Source of the DNA: Halocafeteria seosinensis
Taxonomy: Eukaryota
Assembly (NCBI GenBank): GCA_001687465.1
Contig: LVLI01000522.1
Location: forward strand, 1 to 64,000
Direction: 5' to 3'
DNA length: 64,000 nt
Of this stretch, positions 24,838 through 38,137 are shown one piece after another. Each line of letters starts with the position of its first letter. The stretch's first letter is position 1. Both the position numbers and the translations under genes were made by a program. The notes under the pieces were generated by a model, which saw only the letters and a list, made by a program, of their open reading frames with translations, was not told the origin of the DNA and made no database searches.

Positions 24838-26012
24838 TCAAGAACCGGCGTTCTTGCTGTCCTGCTGGCTCGTTCTTCTGCGCAGCTCGTTTGTATGTGT
24901 CTCCGTTCCGCTTCCAGCTACTTCACTAGTGTCTGCGTTTGCTAAGTTGGGAACTGGGTGCTTTGTGTAGTATGCGTCAATCGTGTGATTAAAGTAGAGT
25001 TGATAGACGTAGCAAATGAGGTGAGCGAGGGGAGCGGTGAAGACATACAGCAGGGCTTGCCAGGTAGACCGTACAGGGGAAGCTCCTCCACCGAGAATCC
25101 GGAGTAAAAAGCTGTCAATGCCGCTCCCTGCTAAGAAATTGCCTTCTCTGACAGCTCCTAGTAGACTGCACGCTACTTGTTCAGGTGTCCATAGCCCACC
25201 TGCTTCGGTCAGTATTTTGCAAAGCTCCGGTTTCTTCTCGTTTTCCCTTGCCAGCAGGGGAGTGTCAACATCAGCTGGAAATGATATCGTCACATGGATA
25301 CCATGAGATCTCATTTCTTGCTCCAAAGCTTGTCCCATTCCTAGTAAAGCAAATTTCGATGCCTGGGTTTGTTCAAACGGGATAGACGAAAGTACACAAT
25401 ACCGTCCTGAACAAGGAGAACCCACCACACACTAGTACATACCGAGTAAGCAGTAAATCCAAAGAATCCCCATAGTCCTCCAAGTGATGAAACCATCGCA
25501 ATACGCCCTTTGTTACCTTTTGCCAAGTAGGGCAAAGCAGCGTATATAGCATTCCTGGTCCCCACGACGTTTACGTCCAGGACTTGGCGATATGTTTTCT
25601 CAGGGATTTGGTGGAACTCGGCTGGTTCCGATATGCCGGCCGAAGTCACGATAACATCAAAACGCCCATGATGTTCGAATATCTCCTTCATAACGGTGGC
25701 CATTCGCTCCCCATCATTGACATCCCCTGTATGGATAGAGACGCGATTCGGGTCAGGATCCTGTCCCAGGAGCTCCTTCCGAGTTTCTTCCAGGAGTGCT
25801 TGTTTCCGAGCAATGAGCGCCACTTTTCCCCCTTCATCGAGCACCTGTCTGGCTGTGGCTTTCCCGATGCCGCTTGAGCCACCAGTAATGGCTACGACTT
25901 TGTCGGCGTAGGAGCCCAGATGTCGTGGATTCCAACATACATGAGATAGATACAGCAAGACCAGTACCCCAAATATCACCCCCAGGGTGATCCCCACAGT
26001 TTGCGCTTCCAT
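24838..26012 (-). CDS. KDSR: 3-ketodihydrosphingosine reductase (KDSR/TSC10-like SDR), 2 exons
   Basis: N-terminal membrane anchor, TGGSSGIG, GFTAYS|ASKFAL, FPADVDTP...ENEKKP, and a C-terminal hydrophobic segment. Confidence 0.85.
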
Positions 26013-26642
26013 GACACGGATTGGAAGAGGTAGCAACAGTGACAATACAGTGTTGAATGCACTCTAAACTTTTGGAAACTTCACAATCTGAGGGTGCTTG
26101 GCACTGCTTGCCTCTGGTATACGGTATACCGCCGTCACGTGTGGCTATTGACGAGCAAAGTGTGAGCAAGATGCCGTATGGAGCGTAACTTGTAGCTATG
26201 TTTATTACAGATGTAGAAGGCAATCACTGGCAACCATATACATAGGTGCCATATAGGTTGAAAGGATCCTCCTGTTGTGAGTTGGGCATTGCCTTTCACT
26301 GCAAGTCTCGCAAAGTCTTCGGAACTGCTTTTTCGAATCCTACAAGGACCGCAACAACTTGTTACTTGCAACTTAGTAACGAGGCATCGGATCCTGTGCA
26401 GTTGACAATTGTTGAAGGTGCAACCTCAACGAATTGACGGCTGATGAAGTGTTTCGCTAGTCAAGGAAGTCACGGAAGTATTATGGGTTTTATGTTCAGC
26501 CACGGTGTAAGGAAAAGAGGTGTATGAATGATTTGTACCTCACCTTTTTTGAGAGAGTGCGACGCTATGATGTGATATATCTACTGAGAGTCGCCAGTGA
26601 GTGTGAAGAAGTCTAGAAGTACAAACGTACCCTGATATAAGG

Positions 26643-29196
26643 ATGGATGGCCGAAAGACTACTAGTACACGGGGAAGACCATCTCCCAAAAGCTTTATGC
26701 AAGGACTGAAAAACACGTTGGGACTGGTGCCGGGTCCACCTGCAGCAAAACGGCATCGCGCCGCAGAAAGTCATCCACCTCAGAATGTGAAGCAGTCTAA
26801 AACGCATACTGCCGCCAAAGGAACGGGTGGTAGCGAACCAATGGCGGCCTCAGTAGAAATGAACACACAGCAGCGAAGAACGAGAAGCACGACAACTCCT
26901 GCTGCTATCGCTACCAGCAAATCAACTGGAGCAATTCAGGACGTGGAGAGTTCTGCAACGCGCAACAACTACAACTCAGGGACTAGTCGTAACTATGATA
27001 ATGCGGAAGAAAGTGATTTGACTGTGGACGAAGTTGATAACGATTACGGTGAGGATGCGGGCATCGACGACAGGCGGGAGGCCGACACTGAGATGACGTC
27101 AATTTCGAGTTCCGGCAACCAGCACCATCGTCACAAAACGGACGATGTTACTGTTAAACAGGAAACCATCCGGTTCAAAGATTTATCCGTGTACATTGTT
27201 CCCGACGGTAAAAAAGTCACCAAAGTCCAAAGAAAAATATGGGCTGAACAGCTGGAGCGGCTAGGTGCAACTGTACCGAACCATCTTACGACCGATTTAA
27301 CACATATAGTAAGTCCCGTTTGTTATAAGGGGCGAGCGTGATGCTTAATGTGGCTGTTGATTGGCTCCTCAGGTTGTTGATAATTCGCTGGATATGGAAC
27401 GTATCCGCGGGTTTTTCCGAAAACAGCGAAGCGACTACAGTGACATGGATGCTTATGTCGTAACTGCAGAGTGGATAGTGTGTTCGCTCACAGATCGAAA
27501 GCCAGCGATGGTAGAGCCTTTCATACTTGAGGGTTTCTCTCTACACCCGAGCACGAAAGAAGAACCAATTAAAGCGGATATTACTGAGACCTCAAGAAGC
27601 GAGTCTGAAGTAGTGATTTCACCTAACAAAGACAAAAAAGCAACGAGTGAGCATACACAGGAAAAGAGGAAGTCCATCCAAACAAAGACTGATCCGCACA
27701 AAATCGAAATTCCTGATAAAATGCTCGATGTACGTAACTCATTCGCCTGTGTAAGGAGTGGAGATGCTTCTTTAAGGCGTCAGCAAAAGAATGACGATAT
27801 CGTAACGAAAATTGAAGAATGTGCCGACATATTGGGAGCTAGCGCTGATATTCAGAACATGTAAGTCTAACATCAACTCGTTGTTTGTTCTTTGCTTGGG
27901 AGAAGTGGTTTTCATTGCCTTCTTTCCAGCTGGCGTGAATATCAATACAAGAAAGCTGCATCGATGATTCGTAACCTTCCATACCGTGTAGACGCGGGAA
28001 ATGTCAACACCCTATTAAAAAAGAAGGTCAGAGTTGCTGCTAGTGTATGCGTAGTTTTGCTTCTGGTTGACACCTATCATTTGCTGCTACAGGGTATTGG
28101 CCAGAGAATGGTCGAGAAGGTGAAGGAGATCCTGCAGAAAGGAACGTTCCGTAAACTAGAAATCCTGAAAACGCAGAGCTCAACTAAAACAATGCAAGAC
28201 TTAACAGCAATCTGGGGTGTTGGTCCCAAAACAGCTCAGAAAATTGCTGGGAAGGGTATAAAATCCGCAGCTGATTTGCGTGAACATATAGGTCTACCGG
28301 AACTAAGTAGCTATGTCGATCCAGCGTATATAAAACAAACTCTACAATTTTCCGACACTCAATTGGAGAAGGCACGGGAGCTGGGAGTCACAACTAGGGG
28401 GCTACAAGGTCTTTGCTTTTATCAGGATCTGCTTCAACGGATCCCACGGGAGGAAGTAGGCGAGATTGAGCGTGAAATTCGGTGCGCTGCAGCTAAGCTG
28501 TGGGATGGTGTCACGGCCATATGTTGCGGATCTTATAGGAGAGGAAAACGTTCCAGCGGAGATGTTGACGTAATAGTTACCCACGATGATGGCAACTTTA
28601 GACACCTCTCAGGTCTAATCCAAATGCTAGAAAAGCTGGGGATGTTGACTGTGCACCTCCAAATGCCACATGAAGACAGATTCGGACAAGTAAAGAAGCC
28701 TACTCACAATACAATCAGCGAGACTTACATGGGGATTGGCCGTCCTATCTTCCCCAAATGGGATGTGCAGCGAGTTGTTTGGATTGGTCAACGCAAATGT
28801 CAGAAGTCACAGCTCTCCAGGCTCAGCGACTCCCTGATTTTTCGTATTCTCAGATTTGCCGCCAGTCCTGTATTCCGCAGAATTGATCTAAAGAGCTACC
28901 GCAGGGACACTTTTGCTTTTGCAATGTTGTACCTTACTGGAAGTGATCACTTTAACCGTAGCATGCGAGCCTACGCAAAGCGTTGTGGCCTCACGTTGAC
29001 TGATAGTGGCTTGCATGCATGCGAACGTTTCAAAGGGGAAAAGTGGTGGACGGGCAACACTCTAATTTGCCATTCCGAAAAAGAGATTTTTGATGCCCTA
29101 CGTCTCCCCTATAAGACACCTGAAGAAAGGAATTGCTACAACGAAGATGTCCTCGATCACGATGACGCTGAGGACGATGGTGATTCCCCATTGTAG
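26643..29196 (+). CDS. POLL: DNA polymerase lambda (X family) with BRCT domain, spliced
   Basis: BRCT (LTHIV, VVTAEWI..SL), lyase domain (YKKAA...GIGQRM.EKV.EIL), IWGVGPKTA, GSYRRGK.SSGDVDV, RRIDL, TGSDHFNRSMR, YKTPEER. Confidence 0.92.
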
Positions 29197-29209
29197 CGGC
29201 ACAAACAGC

Positions 29210-29977
29210 TCAGGTTAGGAGAAGGTAAAGACCTGCAGCTAAGGCGGCACCACTCATTGGAGCTACAATAGGAATCCACGAGTATTCCCATTGGCTAGGT
29301 CCTTTTTGTATAATCGGTAATAAATAATGTACAACTCTTGGCCCGAGATCCCTTGCGGGGTTTATTGCATATCCAGTCGGCCCACCCAACGACAGTCCAA
29401 TACCGAGTACAAGCAACCCAACTGGCAAGCTCGATATAGCTCCTGGATCATACTGAATTTGCTGCGTCCCTGCCGGGACCTTCTCAATGGGATTTCCTTC
29501 CAGATTACGATACCCATGCGATTGAATGTAGAAGATTCCAAACATTAAGAGGAACGTGGCAACGGTTTCTGTTAGGAAATTGGACAGACTTCTTCTAATA
29601 TTTGGAACCGTCGCAAAACACGACAAGATTAAATCTTGTTCTGTGGTTCGTATAAAATGGTCCCTGTATGCTACCCAAACGAGCGCTGCACCTATCATAG
29701 ACCCCACCATCTGCGCCACTATGTAAGGTAACACCAGCCCCCAATTGATCACTCCGCCTATAGCAAGCCCAAACGTAACTGCCGGATTCACATGTCCTCC
29801 ACTAAAAGGTGCGCTTATGGCTGAAGCAATAAAGACAGCGACGCCCCATCCCCATCCGATCTGTAAGAAGTCCCCATCGGTTCCTTTGGTGCGCTTCAGC
29901 AAGGCGTTCGCTACAGCTCCGTTTCCGAGCAGTACAAGAATCGCAGTCCCGATTAGCTCTGATATGAACGGAGACAT
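29210..29977 (-). CDS. glpF: Aquaglyceroporin / glycerol uptake facilitator of bacterial type, intronless
   Basis: SGGHVNPAVT and GGPTGYAINPARDLGPR (NPARD glyceroporin signature), ELIGTAILVLLGNG..AN..LK.TKG, and W.YSWIPIVAP. Single 255-aa ORF. Confidence 0.95.
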   Translation of the reverse strand: MSPFISELIGTAILVLLGNGAVANALLKRTKGTDGDFLQIGWGWGVAVFIASAISAPFSGGHVNPAVTFGLAIGGVINWGLVLPYIVAQMVGSMIGAALVWVAYRDHFIRTTEQDLILSCFATVPNIRRSLSNFLTETVATFLLMFGIFYIQSHGYRNLEGNPIEKVPAGTQQIQYDPGAISSLPVGLLVLGIGLSLGGPTGYAINPARDLGPRVVHYLLPIIQKGPSQWEYSWIPIVAPMSGAALAAGLYLLLT

Positions 29978-30380
29978 GTCAGTCTCGTATGGCGTACTAT
30001 TTAATGTGGATCATCCTAGTGAACTAGCCAAGAAGTCGATGAAGTCCCTCAGGTCTGCATGAATTCCACCGGAATCGGAACCGTACGAAGTGCGGTGGAG
30101 TTGGCACGGGCCGACAGGAGGCGCATCCAAGAAATCGTTAGCGCCAGCAATCCTCTTTGAGTTCAAATACTACTCTAGCTCAACTCTCGTTCCAGCATAT
30201 ACCGTCATTAGCTGTCGGCTCGCAGAGCTAGCGCCACGGTGTCCCGTGACAGCTTGTCCCGTGCCAGGGCTACTGCACTAATCATCAGTGACTAATGGTA
30301 CAACACATATTTAGCGAGGATTCATGTGAGGCATGCTGTTCTATTTTGTTGCATCGGGGATTAAAGAGGTACCCAAGCGC

Positions 30381-33300
30381 TTATTGCGAGAAAGGGGAAT
30401 TAGCGCAAGATTCCTCGGTGATGATGTGACTCTGAGCTTTAAGTGCGCGAACCCATCGAGGTTTATCATATAGCTCAGGAGCCTTCAACTGCCACCACTT
30501 TATTTCTTGCGCAGACTTATTCCACCAAGCGAACCCTACATAGAAACTAAGATGTGATTCCATGTCATCCCTGCTGAGAGTCTTCCGGATCGACTCGCTG
30601 CTGTCGGTCTGATGAACGGATCTTCCACCCAGTACTGATTGCGGACGCGACCGCGTCACTGATACGGCCTTCGCAAAAACACTCGGACGATCCAGGGACA
30701 CGCTTACAACTGAATTGGCATCGCTCACAGAGGCCTCGTTGTGATGCGCTCGACGATGGCGATGTCTTTGCCTCGATCGGCGATTCTCGGGAAATTCAGC
30801 TGGTTCATTATGGGTATCAGAGAATTCAGAGTCTAAGGGAATCACAACACTAACGCTTTTATCAACAACTATGACACCTCTTGGATTCTTCCTTTCTTCA
30901 ACGTCCGTCGAAGAGGGGAAGTACATCATAAATGGCCCATGCAGTACGAACCATCGTTTTGCCCAATCGTTTCGAATAATGCTGCTGACAGCTCGCCGGA
31001 GAGAGAAGCTTTTATTGTTGGAACGTTGAGTCGATGAAGTGCCATGTGGGGTATCATCCGAAGCGTTTCCCTCACCATCCATTACCAAACTATCCACCAT
31101 GCCCTCATCTGGAGGGAATTCCACAGTATCACTCCCTCCGGCAACTGACTGAGAATTCTCCTCCTCCTTCTCCTCTTCTCTCACTTGCTGAGGGAATTCA
31201 ATTTCTCTTGATTCATATGAGTCGTGATCTGCGTTGGCAAAACGCTCATAGAATTTTTCAAAATGTTCTTCCGCCTGTTTTCTAACTGAGTCTGGCGGCC
31301 GAGCCTGACCCTTTAGTTTATGCAAGAAGCCTGATATTATATTGCTGTCCAAATCCACTGTAATGCTATACGTCGTCGAAGCAGCCTTGGGAGCAGGGGC
31401 AACATTATCCGCAGATTGTTGCCGAGAAGTGAGTTCCTGGAGACGATCCTTAAGTCCCTCTTTCTTCTGCTGAGAATAACTGATCGAGTTCACTGCGACA
31501 AACAATCTCGAATTCTGGACGCGATGCCACAGCAGCAAGTCCTCCACCCTAGACTGGTTCGAGCCTTCCTCCGAGTGAATGTCCTCTCGGTGAAGAGTGG
31601 AGAGATAGCAACTTGAGAGCAGCGCTAGACGTTCAACGTTGGCCATTTGCAACAGCGAGACACCATAAGCAGCTTTGTGCGGAGCGGGCACGCAACCTTC
31701 GGAAGCACCATGAGGAACTTTGTGCCAAGCTGGTACGCGAGCTTCCGACACATCCCGATGCCGGACGAAGGACCCATCGGTTCTTGCAACAATGAGGTGG
31801 GCAAGCTCAACGGGTTGGTAGGCGTGTCGCAGGGACAGCTTAATACGAACAACAAATCCTATGACCGCATTATGTGAGTTCCGCACCTTCTCAGCAAACC
31901 TTTGTTGCCAAGCCTCCGGAGGTGTTGCGGTTACAGCAAGGGTCCATGATTTGACCTCCCGCAGAGCCTCAGGGTCTTTGCAAGAGTAAAACATACATTT
32001 CGCTACGTCGTCCTTGGACGCCAAACCTGGATCGGAGACAGAGACATCAAGGCACGACTCAATGACGAAGTCGTTCCATTTTCTTTCTCGTGCATCACGA
32101 CCAAATGGCTGTGTCCGAACGCTATTATACTCCTTGATTAGCACTGAGAGGAATATGTTTCGCTGTTGTAATTCCTTCGGTTTTAGTCGAAATTGTGGCT
32201 CGTAACCTACAGAGTGCATTACATTCCCAAGCCTCAAAATATCAACCCCTCGAGAAGCCTGATCACCAATTATCGGATCCAAACTGGGTATCTCACATAT
32301 CCGTTCTTTATGCACTGGGAAAGGATCCCAATCTTTTCGCTGACCAACTGTGGAAAGCAAGTCAATAGCCATGCATACGCCGCTAGACGATGCAGAATCA
32401 GGCAACGCAGGAGGCTCAATATGGCCTTCGGCGGTCAGGTAGTGATTCATGCGAAGCAAACGATGGAATCGATGACAAGAATCGGCAATTGTCTGTTTGA
32501 CTAGATCATGGCTCGTGACACCGGAGAGACGTAGAGCAAGAGGCATCCAGACCTCAGCTCTTGATCGGAGTCCGCTTAAAGAATCAACGGACTGGCTAGA
32601 GTACGATGGCTCCTCAAAAGAACCGAATAAGTGAACCATCATGTCTTCTTCCTTCAACGCTTGGATTCCCTCTTCAGACATCATTAGTGACCAAGACGCG
32701 GACCTCGCCTTGGAGTAACTGGGGCTGTCGCAATATAGCTTCGCTGTAAACCGCTTCTGTTCCAGCTGTTCTTCATAGGACCGAAATGCATGGAAGCAAT
32801 TATCGGAGCTTACTGAACGGAGAGGTCTCGGCAATGAGAACAGAAGAATTACCGAACTGAGGAATGCGAGGTCGACTTTCTGTCCCATAGCACCCTGCAG
32901 TCTGTCAATAAAGATTTGCTTCGGAGTAATAGACACTTCCAGTTTTGAGCCAAGCAGAGGCTGTTCTGATATCTCGAGTTCCGTCTCCACTTTACCAATA
33001 AAGACCGTGTGCCTATGTTGTCGCTTTCCACCCGAGGACTCATCGTGCTTCCTCAGCATCTCTTCCCTAACTAACGGTACTCGAACACGAACTTTCTTCC
33101 CCTTTGTCAATCCTATCAAAGCGAGTTTGGTAGTCCCAAGCCAACTGTGCCCGTTTGTAAATTCGCTTTGAGGGTTGCTAAAGTCATGCAAGCCAAAAGG
33201 GATATGTACGTGATCTTGCAAGAGTAGGCGTTCATATAACTGCCGCAACTCCCTTTCAAGCTCAGTAAGCATATCGGTCTGCTTCAGCCCTCTTTCAACA

Positions 33301-35959
33301 CCGCTGTAGCAATTTACCAACAGAACCCCCACCTGGTGGTGGCTCATAAAACTAGAGTCTTCAGAATCTTCTTCTTGTGCAAGAATTCCGGTAGTCATTT
33401 GGTCCGATTTTGCTTGATGGACAAGCCGCTGAGAAGATAGACCAGTCCGCCGTAACCCCTGCTCTCCCGGATAGTTGTCATAAAGACTCGTTATTTCTTC
33501 CCACGTAAGGCTCCTTAAAGCCCCGCTGTCGAAACTTTCATCCAAGGCATGAACGACGGATTGTCGGGCAGATATCCGGTTAGCGGCAAAGTACTGATCC
33601 AACACTTCCGCGGGTCTTGCGACAAGGGTCGGAATAGCTCGCAACGGAACCAGGAGGAGACTCGCATAGTGATTGAAGTTATCAGCAACATTGTCTGCAG
33701 CTGCTAGTTCTTGGTATAGCCTATTCCGTGAGCTAGACACGGCCAGTTGCTTCAGCTGGTTGAACCAAGAAAGTGCAACATCGTCGTTGACAACACTTGA
33801 ACGTCGTTTTCTCGGCGAACGGCCTGTTCCACGATGATGAAGCAATTCAATATGTTCGTCACCAGCTTCCATACTATCACCTGTGTTATCTGTTTCTTCG
33901 TCAGTTTCGTCCTCTTTCTCATCCGCTGAAATCTTTAGCAGATTCTCGCGCCTTGCCGTAGCTTCTTTCCGCGTCTGTTCTACTTTTTCGTTCCATTCAG
34001 TTATCATCGCATTCATAGGGTCTGTGCTTTGTTTCGCGGACTGGTCTGGAACTGAAGGAGACGTAGTCGAATGATGGGCTCTAGCCTCAGCCATTTCTGC
34101 CCTCCGAGTAGCTTCCTCTAAGGCGTATCGCAGGTTCTCAATTTCGCCCTTTAGTTGCCTTATAAGAGATACGTTAGGATCTTCATTCACCACAGCATGG
34201 TTTACAATATGCTTTGCATCACTCGCATACCGTAGTGTCGATAGCGTTTCATCTGTGTGTACGTTTTCCGGGGCGACATTGGCTATCATTGCCGTCTTCG
34301 AATTCCCACCAAGCGATTGTCTTAATAACTGTGTTAGCACGGACGAACGGGTACTAATGTTATCGCTCGCGCCCTGTTGAGATGACGGATGCTTATCTTT
34401 CTGCGCCAACTTTCTAATAACAATACCCAAATGAAGAAGCGACTTGTTGATGGACCCTGTTTCTTTAAGTCGTGTTCCGGCGGCTCCACTCTTTCTGACA
34501 CGTTCACTTCCGGCTAAGTCCACAAGATGCACGAGACTCCGTCGGTCATGAGCAGTTTGGGCTCGTCTATTGAGAGTTGTCTTTGTATACTGCAGTGTCA
34601 GGATTGCGTGCGATCGCGAACTCAAATTGTTCATCCTTGTTGCTGCGACCGCTCTGACAGCATTGCCGTCGCGGAGAAGATCAAAGACATCTCTGTAGTT
34701 AGAAACAGCGTGAACGGTCGCGCCTTCGACAAATACTCCTTTCTCCGGACTCTCCCGAAGTTTTAAGGGGTGAGTTTTGCTGATAGCGTCACCATTAGTC
34801 TCATGAGTCGCCCTCCTTCCTTTCGAACGCGAGGGGTCTGAGCTCAGCAAATCTCTTAGCCGTTCGCAATATATTTCGACATATGACACCTCAATACGAT
34901 GGAATTCCTGGACTTGATTGGCAACGGATCCTTGATTAGCTGAATTGTCTTTGCGCATGCCGATTCTGGTAAATAAATCGTAAAGCATACGCGGAATAAA
35001 GCCGGCGACAGAAGGAAGATTTAGTGATGGGATCCTCTCGCTACTGTCCGAATCTTCAGATCGATTATTCGGCTCAGGTAGCACTGTTCCATCTGCTGGA
35101 CCTAGCATCGTATAAGTTTTTCCCGAGCCTGTTTGTCCATAGGCAAATATGCTGTAGGAGTCGAAAACGAAGAATGGTTGGTTGACTGCACACATCATTA
35201 TCCCAAAGAGTCATAGCGCTTTTGAGCTACATACCTGCAATTATATCCGTTCAACATATTCTCCACAAACGATGGTCCAATGTTTGAATATACTTCAGCC
35301 TGAGTGCTGTTCGCGTCAAATACTTCATCATATCGAAACGTCTTTGGTCGTGGAGGGTCAACAGATTTCTTTTGTCCTTCCTTGGCGGCAGATTCATGTT
35401 CAACCGGCATCTCGAGTATGATTGTACTGGTGTCTTTGTCTACTGAAATAACATCACGAATGCTCTCTCTCCCAACCGCTTCAGATGCTGTTGGCGAACC
35501 GCCTTTGCGATGGTGGTGATCCTGATACCAAGTGCCCCTTATTCGAGGTCGCGCTCGGACAACTACTCTAACGTGTTCGGCTGAGGGGTTCGTCGCTGCG
35601 CTCGTTCCTCCGGTGATAACCGAATCATCGGAGGGCACCGTGGAGGACGGTCTTGAAATCTCCCTGTTTTCGTAACTTCCCGATACGCTTGTTGCATCCT
35701 CCATAGGAGGTGACGCCGTGGAGCTCGCTAGTTTCGGAGGCGGCGGTCTCTCTGCTTCCTGTACGTAGCCCTCATTCGCAGTTCGCTCGTCGTCCTCCTC
35801 AATGTGCCCGTCCATACGATGGCTGGGAATTGGTTCACGGGAAGACTGGTTCCGGGAGGGATGGTAAGCGTCTCTTCGTTGCTGAGGGGTGGGAGTTCTG
35901 TACCCTCTCTGAAGCTCTCGCTTCCCCGTGGGATCACTGTCACCGCGATGAGAGAACAT
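30381..35959 (-). CDS. Kinesin-3 family motor with C-terminal PH domain, 1 intron (~35154-35234)
   Basis: VRVVVRARP, GYNC|SIFAYGQTGSGKTYTM, NNLSSRSHAI, DLAGSER, kinesin-3 neck IVNHAVVNEDPN..LIRQLK.EI..L, and PH motifs WAKRWFVL...YF and W..AL. Confidence 0.9.
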
Positions 35960-36456
35960 TTATACACGCTCCCTGGAACCTGCTGCTCGCTGTAGGGGAA
36001 TTCCCACGAGGGCGAGCAATCGAAAAGGAAGTAGGCAGGGGGGAAAATCAGTTAATGCCTTTAAATTCGCCCACTATTGCGTGCCATCAGCCCACGGACA
36101 TACGAGTCCATTTTCCCATTGTGTCTATTACGTATGCACATATGTATAGACAATAATCCTCCTCTGAAATATTGGTGTGTTTACAGACTTCAAAAAAACG
36201 GTCACGGTCGCAGGGACTTTCACGCAGTCGCAGCGAAGCAAGTTGCAGCTTGTAGCCAATACTCGTTGGGGTGAATGAGCAAGAAGTCTCACGGCCCTAA
36301 CCATGAATAGCAGCAGACAAGAAGGAGTGTATTTTAGTTTTCGGTAGAGGGGGCACTGACCGCAGACGTAGTTAACTGCCCTGCAAACACATTATGTGCC
36401 CTTTTCTCAAAAGATAGAACGTAAATAACCTGATATATGAGGAGAGGTAGTGTTGA

Positions 36457-38137
36457 CTAGTTCCCCTCGACAGACCTCTTGTACTCGTCCAGCCGCTGCT
36501 CAGTCCACTCCCTTATTTGTGTTCTTAATATGTGATTCGGAATCGTCAACGTTTGCTGTAATTCTTCGTTAGTCTTGGGTGAGCGGTTATTTAAACGAAA
36601 CCAGTCTTTTATGCTAGTTCCTTCGTAGCTGTATCCGTCCAGAGTGACCGTCGGATCGCTCATGATGCAGAAAGTTATGGGACAAATGAATTCTTCCGGG
36701 CATTCTTTCTCAACATTGCAACCGGCGCGTCTGAGTTCTTCATGCTGATGATAGAGCTTATTATTCACCGTATCCAAGTACTGTGCTACATCCAGTGCCC
36801 CCGTTTCCTTAGCGAGATCCCTTGGCGTCCTCCACTCCTGCAACAAAACAATCGTGTGGCCGTGGTATAGTGTAGGATTATTTGTCATAACTTACAGAGT
36901 CCTTCACATCCACATTTGCTCCATAGCTCTCCACAAGAAGTGTGACAATCTCTATACGGTCGTTTGCGGCGGCGTAATGAAGAGGGGCAAACCCTTTCTG
37001 CAACCATCATAACGACAGGTAATGCTTAACAGTGTGCTTGTATTCTCCCCCGAAGCAAGCAATACATACGCTACGACTTTTCACATTAACGTTCGCGTGA
37101 AATGTCTCAACAAGCAGCTTTACTAGATCGCCATTGCCCATCATCGACGCATATTGTAATGGTGTTTGACCTCCCTGCACACAATCACCGAAAGTGCAAA
37201 CGCTTCCACCTCGGAGAAAGCAAGCTAGATACTTACCTCGTTTTTCACATTGGGATTTGCATGGTAAGTTTCTATCAAGGTGCGAACTAGAGATTCATTC
37301 CCATACCAAGCCGCCCAATGTAACAGTGCGTCACCAGCCTGGACGTATCAAATAGGCTCAATCTCAGTCGATACAAAGGTGCCAACGCAGAACTCCACAA
37401 TAAGCATGTACGTACAAACCCATCCTGAAGATTTATATCCATCTCGAATTTGTCCAGGCAATACTTGACGTATGCCTCATGACCGAATTGTACCGCTAAA
37501 TGTAGTGGTGTTCCACGCCACTGGAGAATCAGAGGATGTCAGAGATGACGTTCGCTTAGTAATACATATGCTCCGTCATGCTTACTTCGTAATCTTTGGC
37601 ATACATATCCGCGTGGTATCTGTTGATGAGAAAGGATGAATATTCTTTGTACCCTCGCGAGGCAGCCACATGTAAGGGTGTTTGTCCAAGCTGCGTCACA
37701 CACGAAATATAAAACCCATCCAAAAACACGCCGGCACTGCCAGCACACACCTGATTTCCAATGTCGATGATGCCACCGCACTCGTCCATGAGGAATTTCG
37801 TCAGTTCGTAATTGGCATTTCGAGCTGCCAGGTGTAAAGGGGCATCTCGAGCCTGCGAGAATACCATGATGAACACGTAAGTTGTATACATTCACTTTCG
37901 CACCGATGCACATACGTCACCGAATCTGACATTATTGATGTCAGCCTCCGTATTGCGCTCGGCAATGGTGCGTACGTCCCGTACATCCTCGGAACGCGTA
38001 CAGGCTTCATACAGATGCGTTCGCTCCCGTTCCGGCAGGCGATTATCTTCCTGTTGGAGGACATCTTCCAGCGTTCTTCGTCCGGGAGAGCTCGTCCTAC
38101 GGAGGAGCCTCTCCGAAATGGTGCGTAGGAAAGACAT
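36457..38137 (-). CDS. Ankyrin-repeat plus U-box E3 ligase-like protein, multi-exon
   Basis: Ankyrin repeats (DAPLHLAAR, GQTPLHVAASRG, DALLHWAAWYG, PLHYAAANDR) and a C-terminal U-box (CPEEFICPITFCIMSDP...DGYSYE...I.DW...SPKTNEEL...IPNH.LR.QI.EW). Confidence 0.9.
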
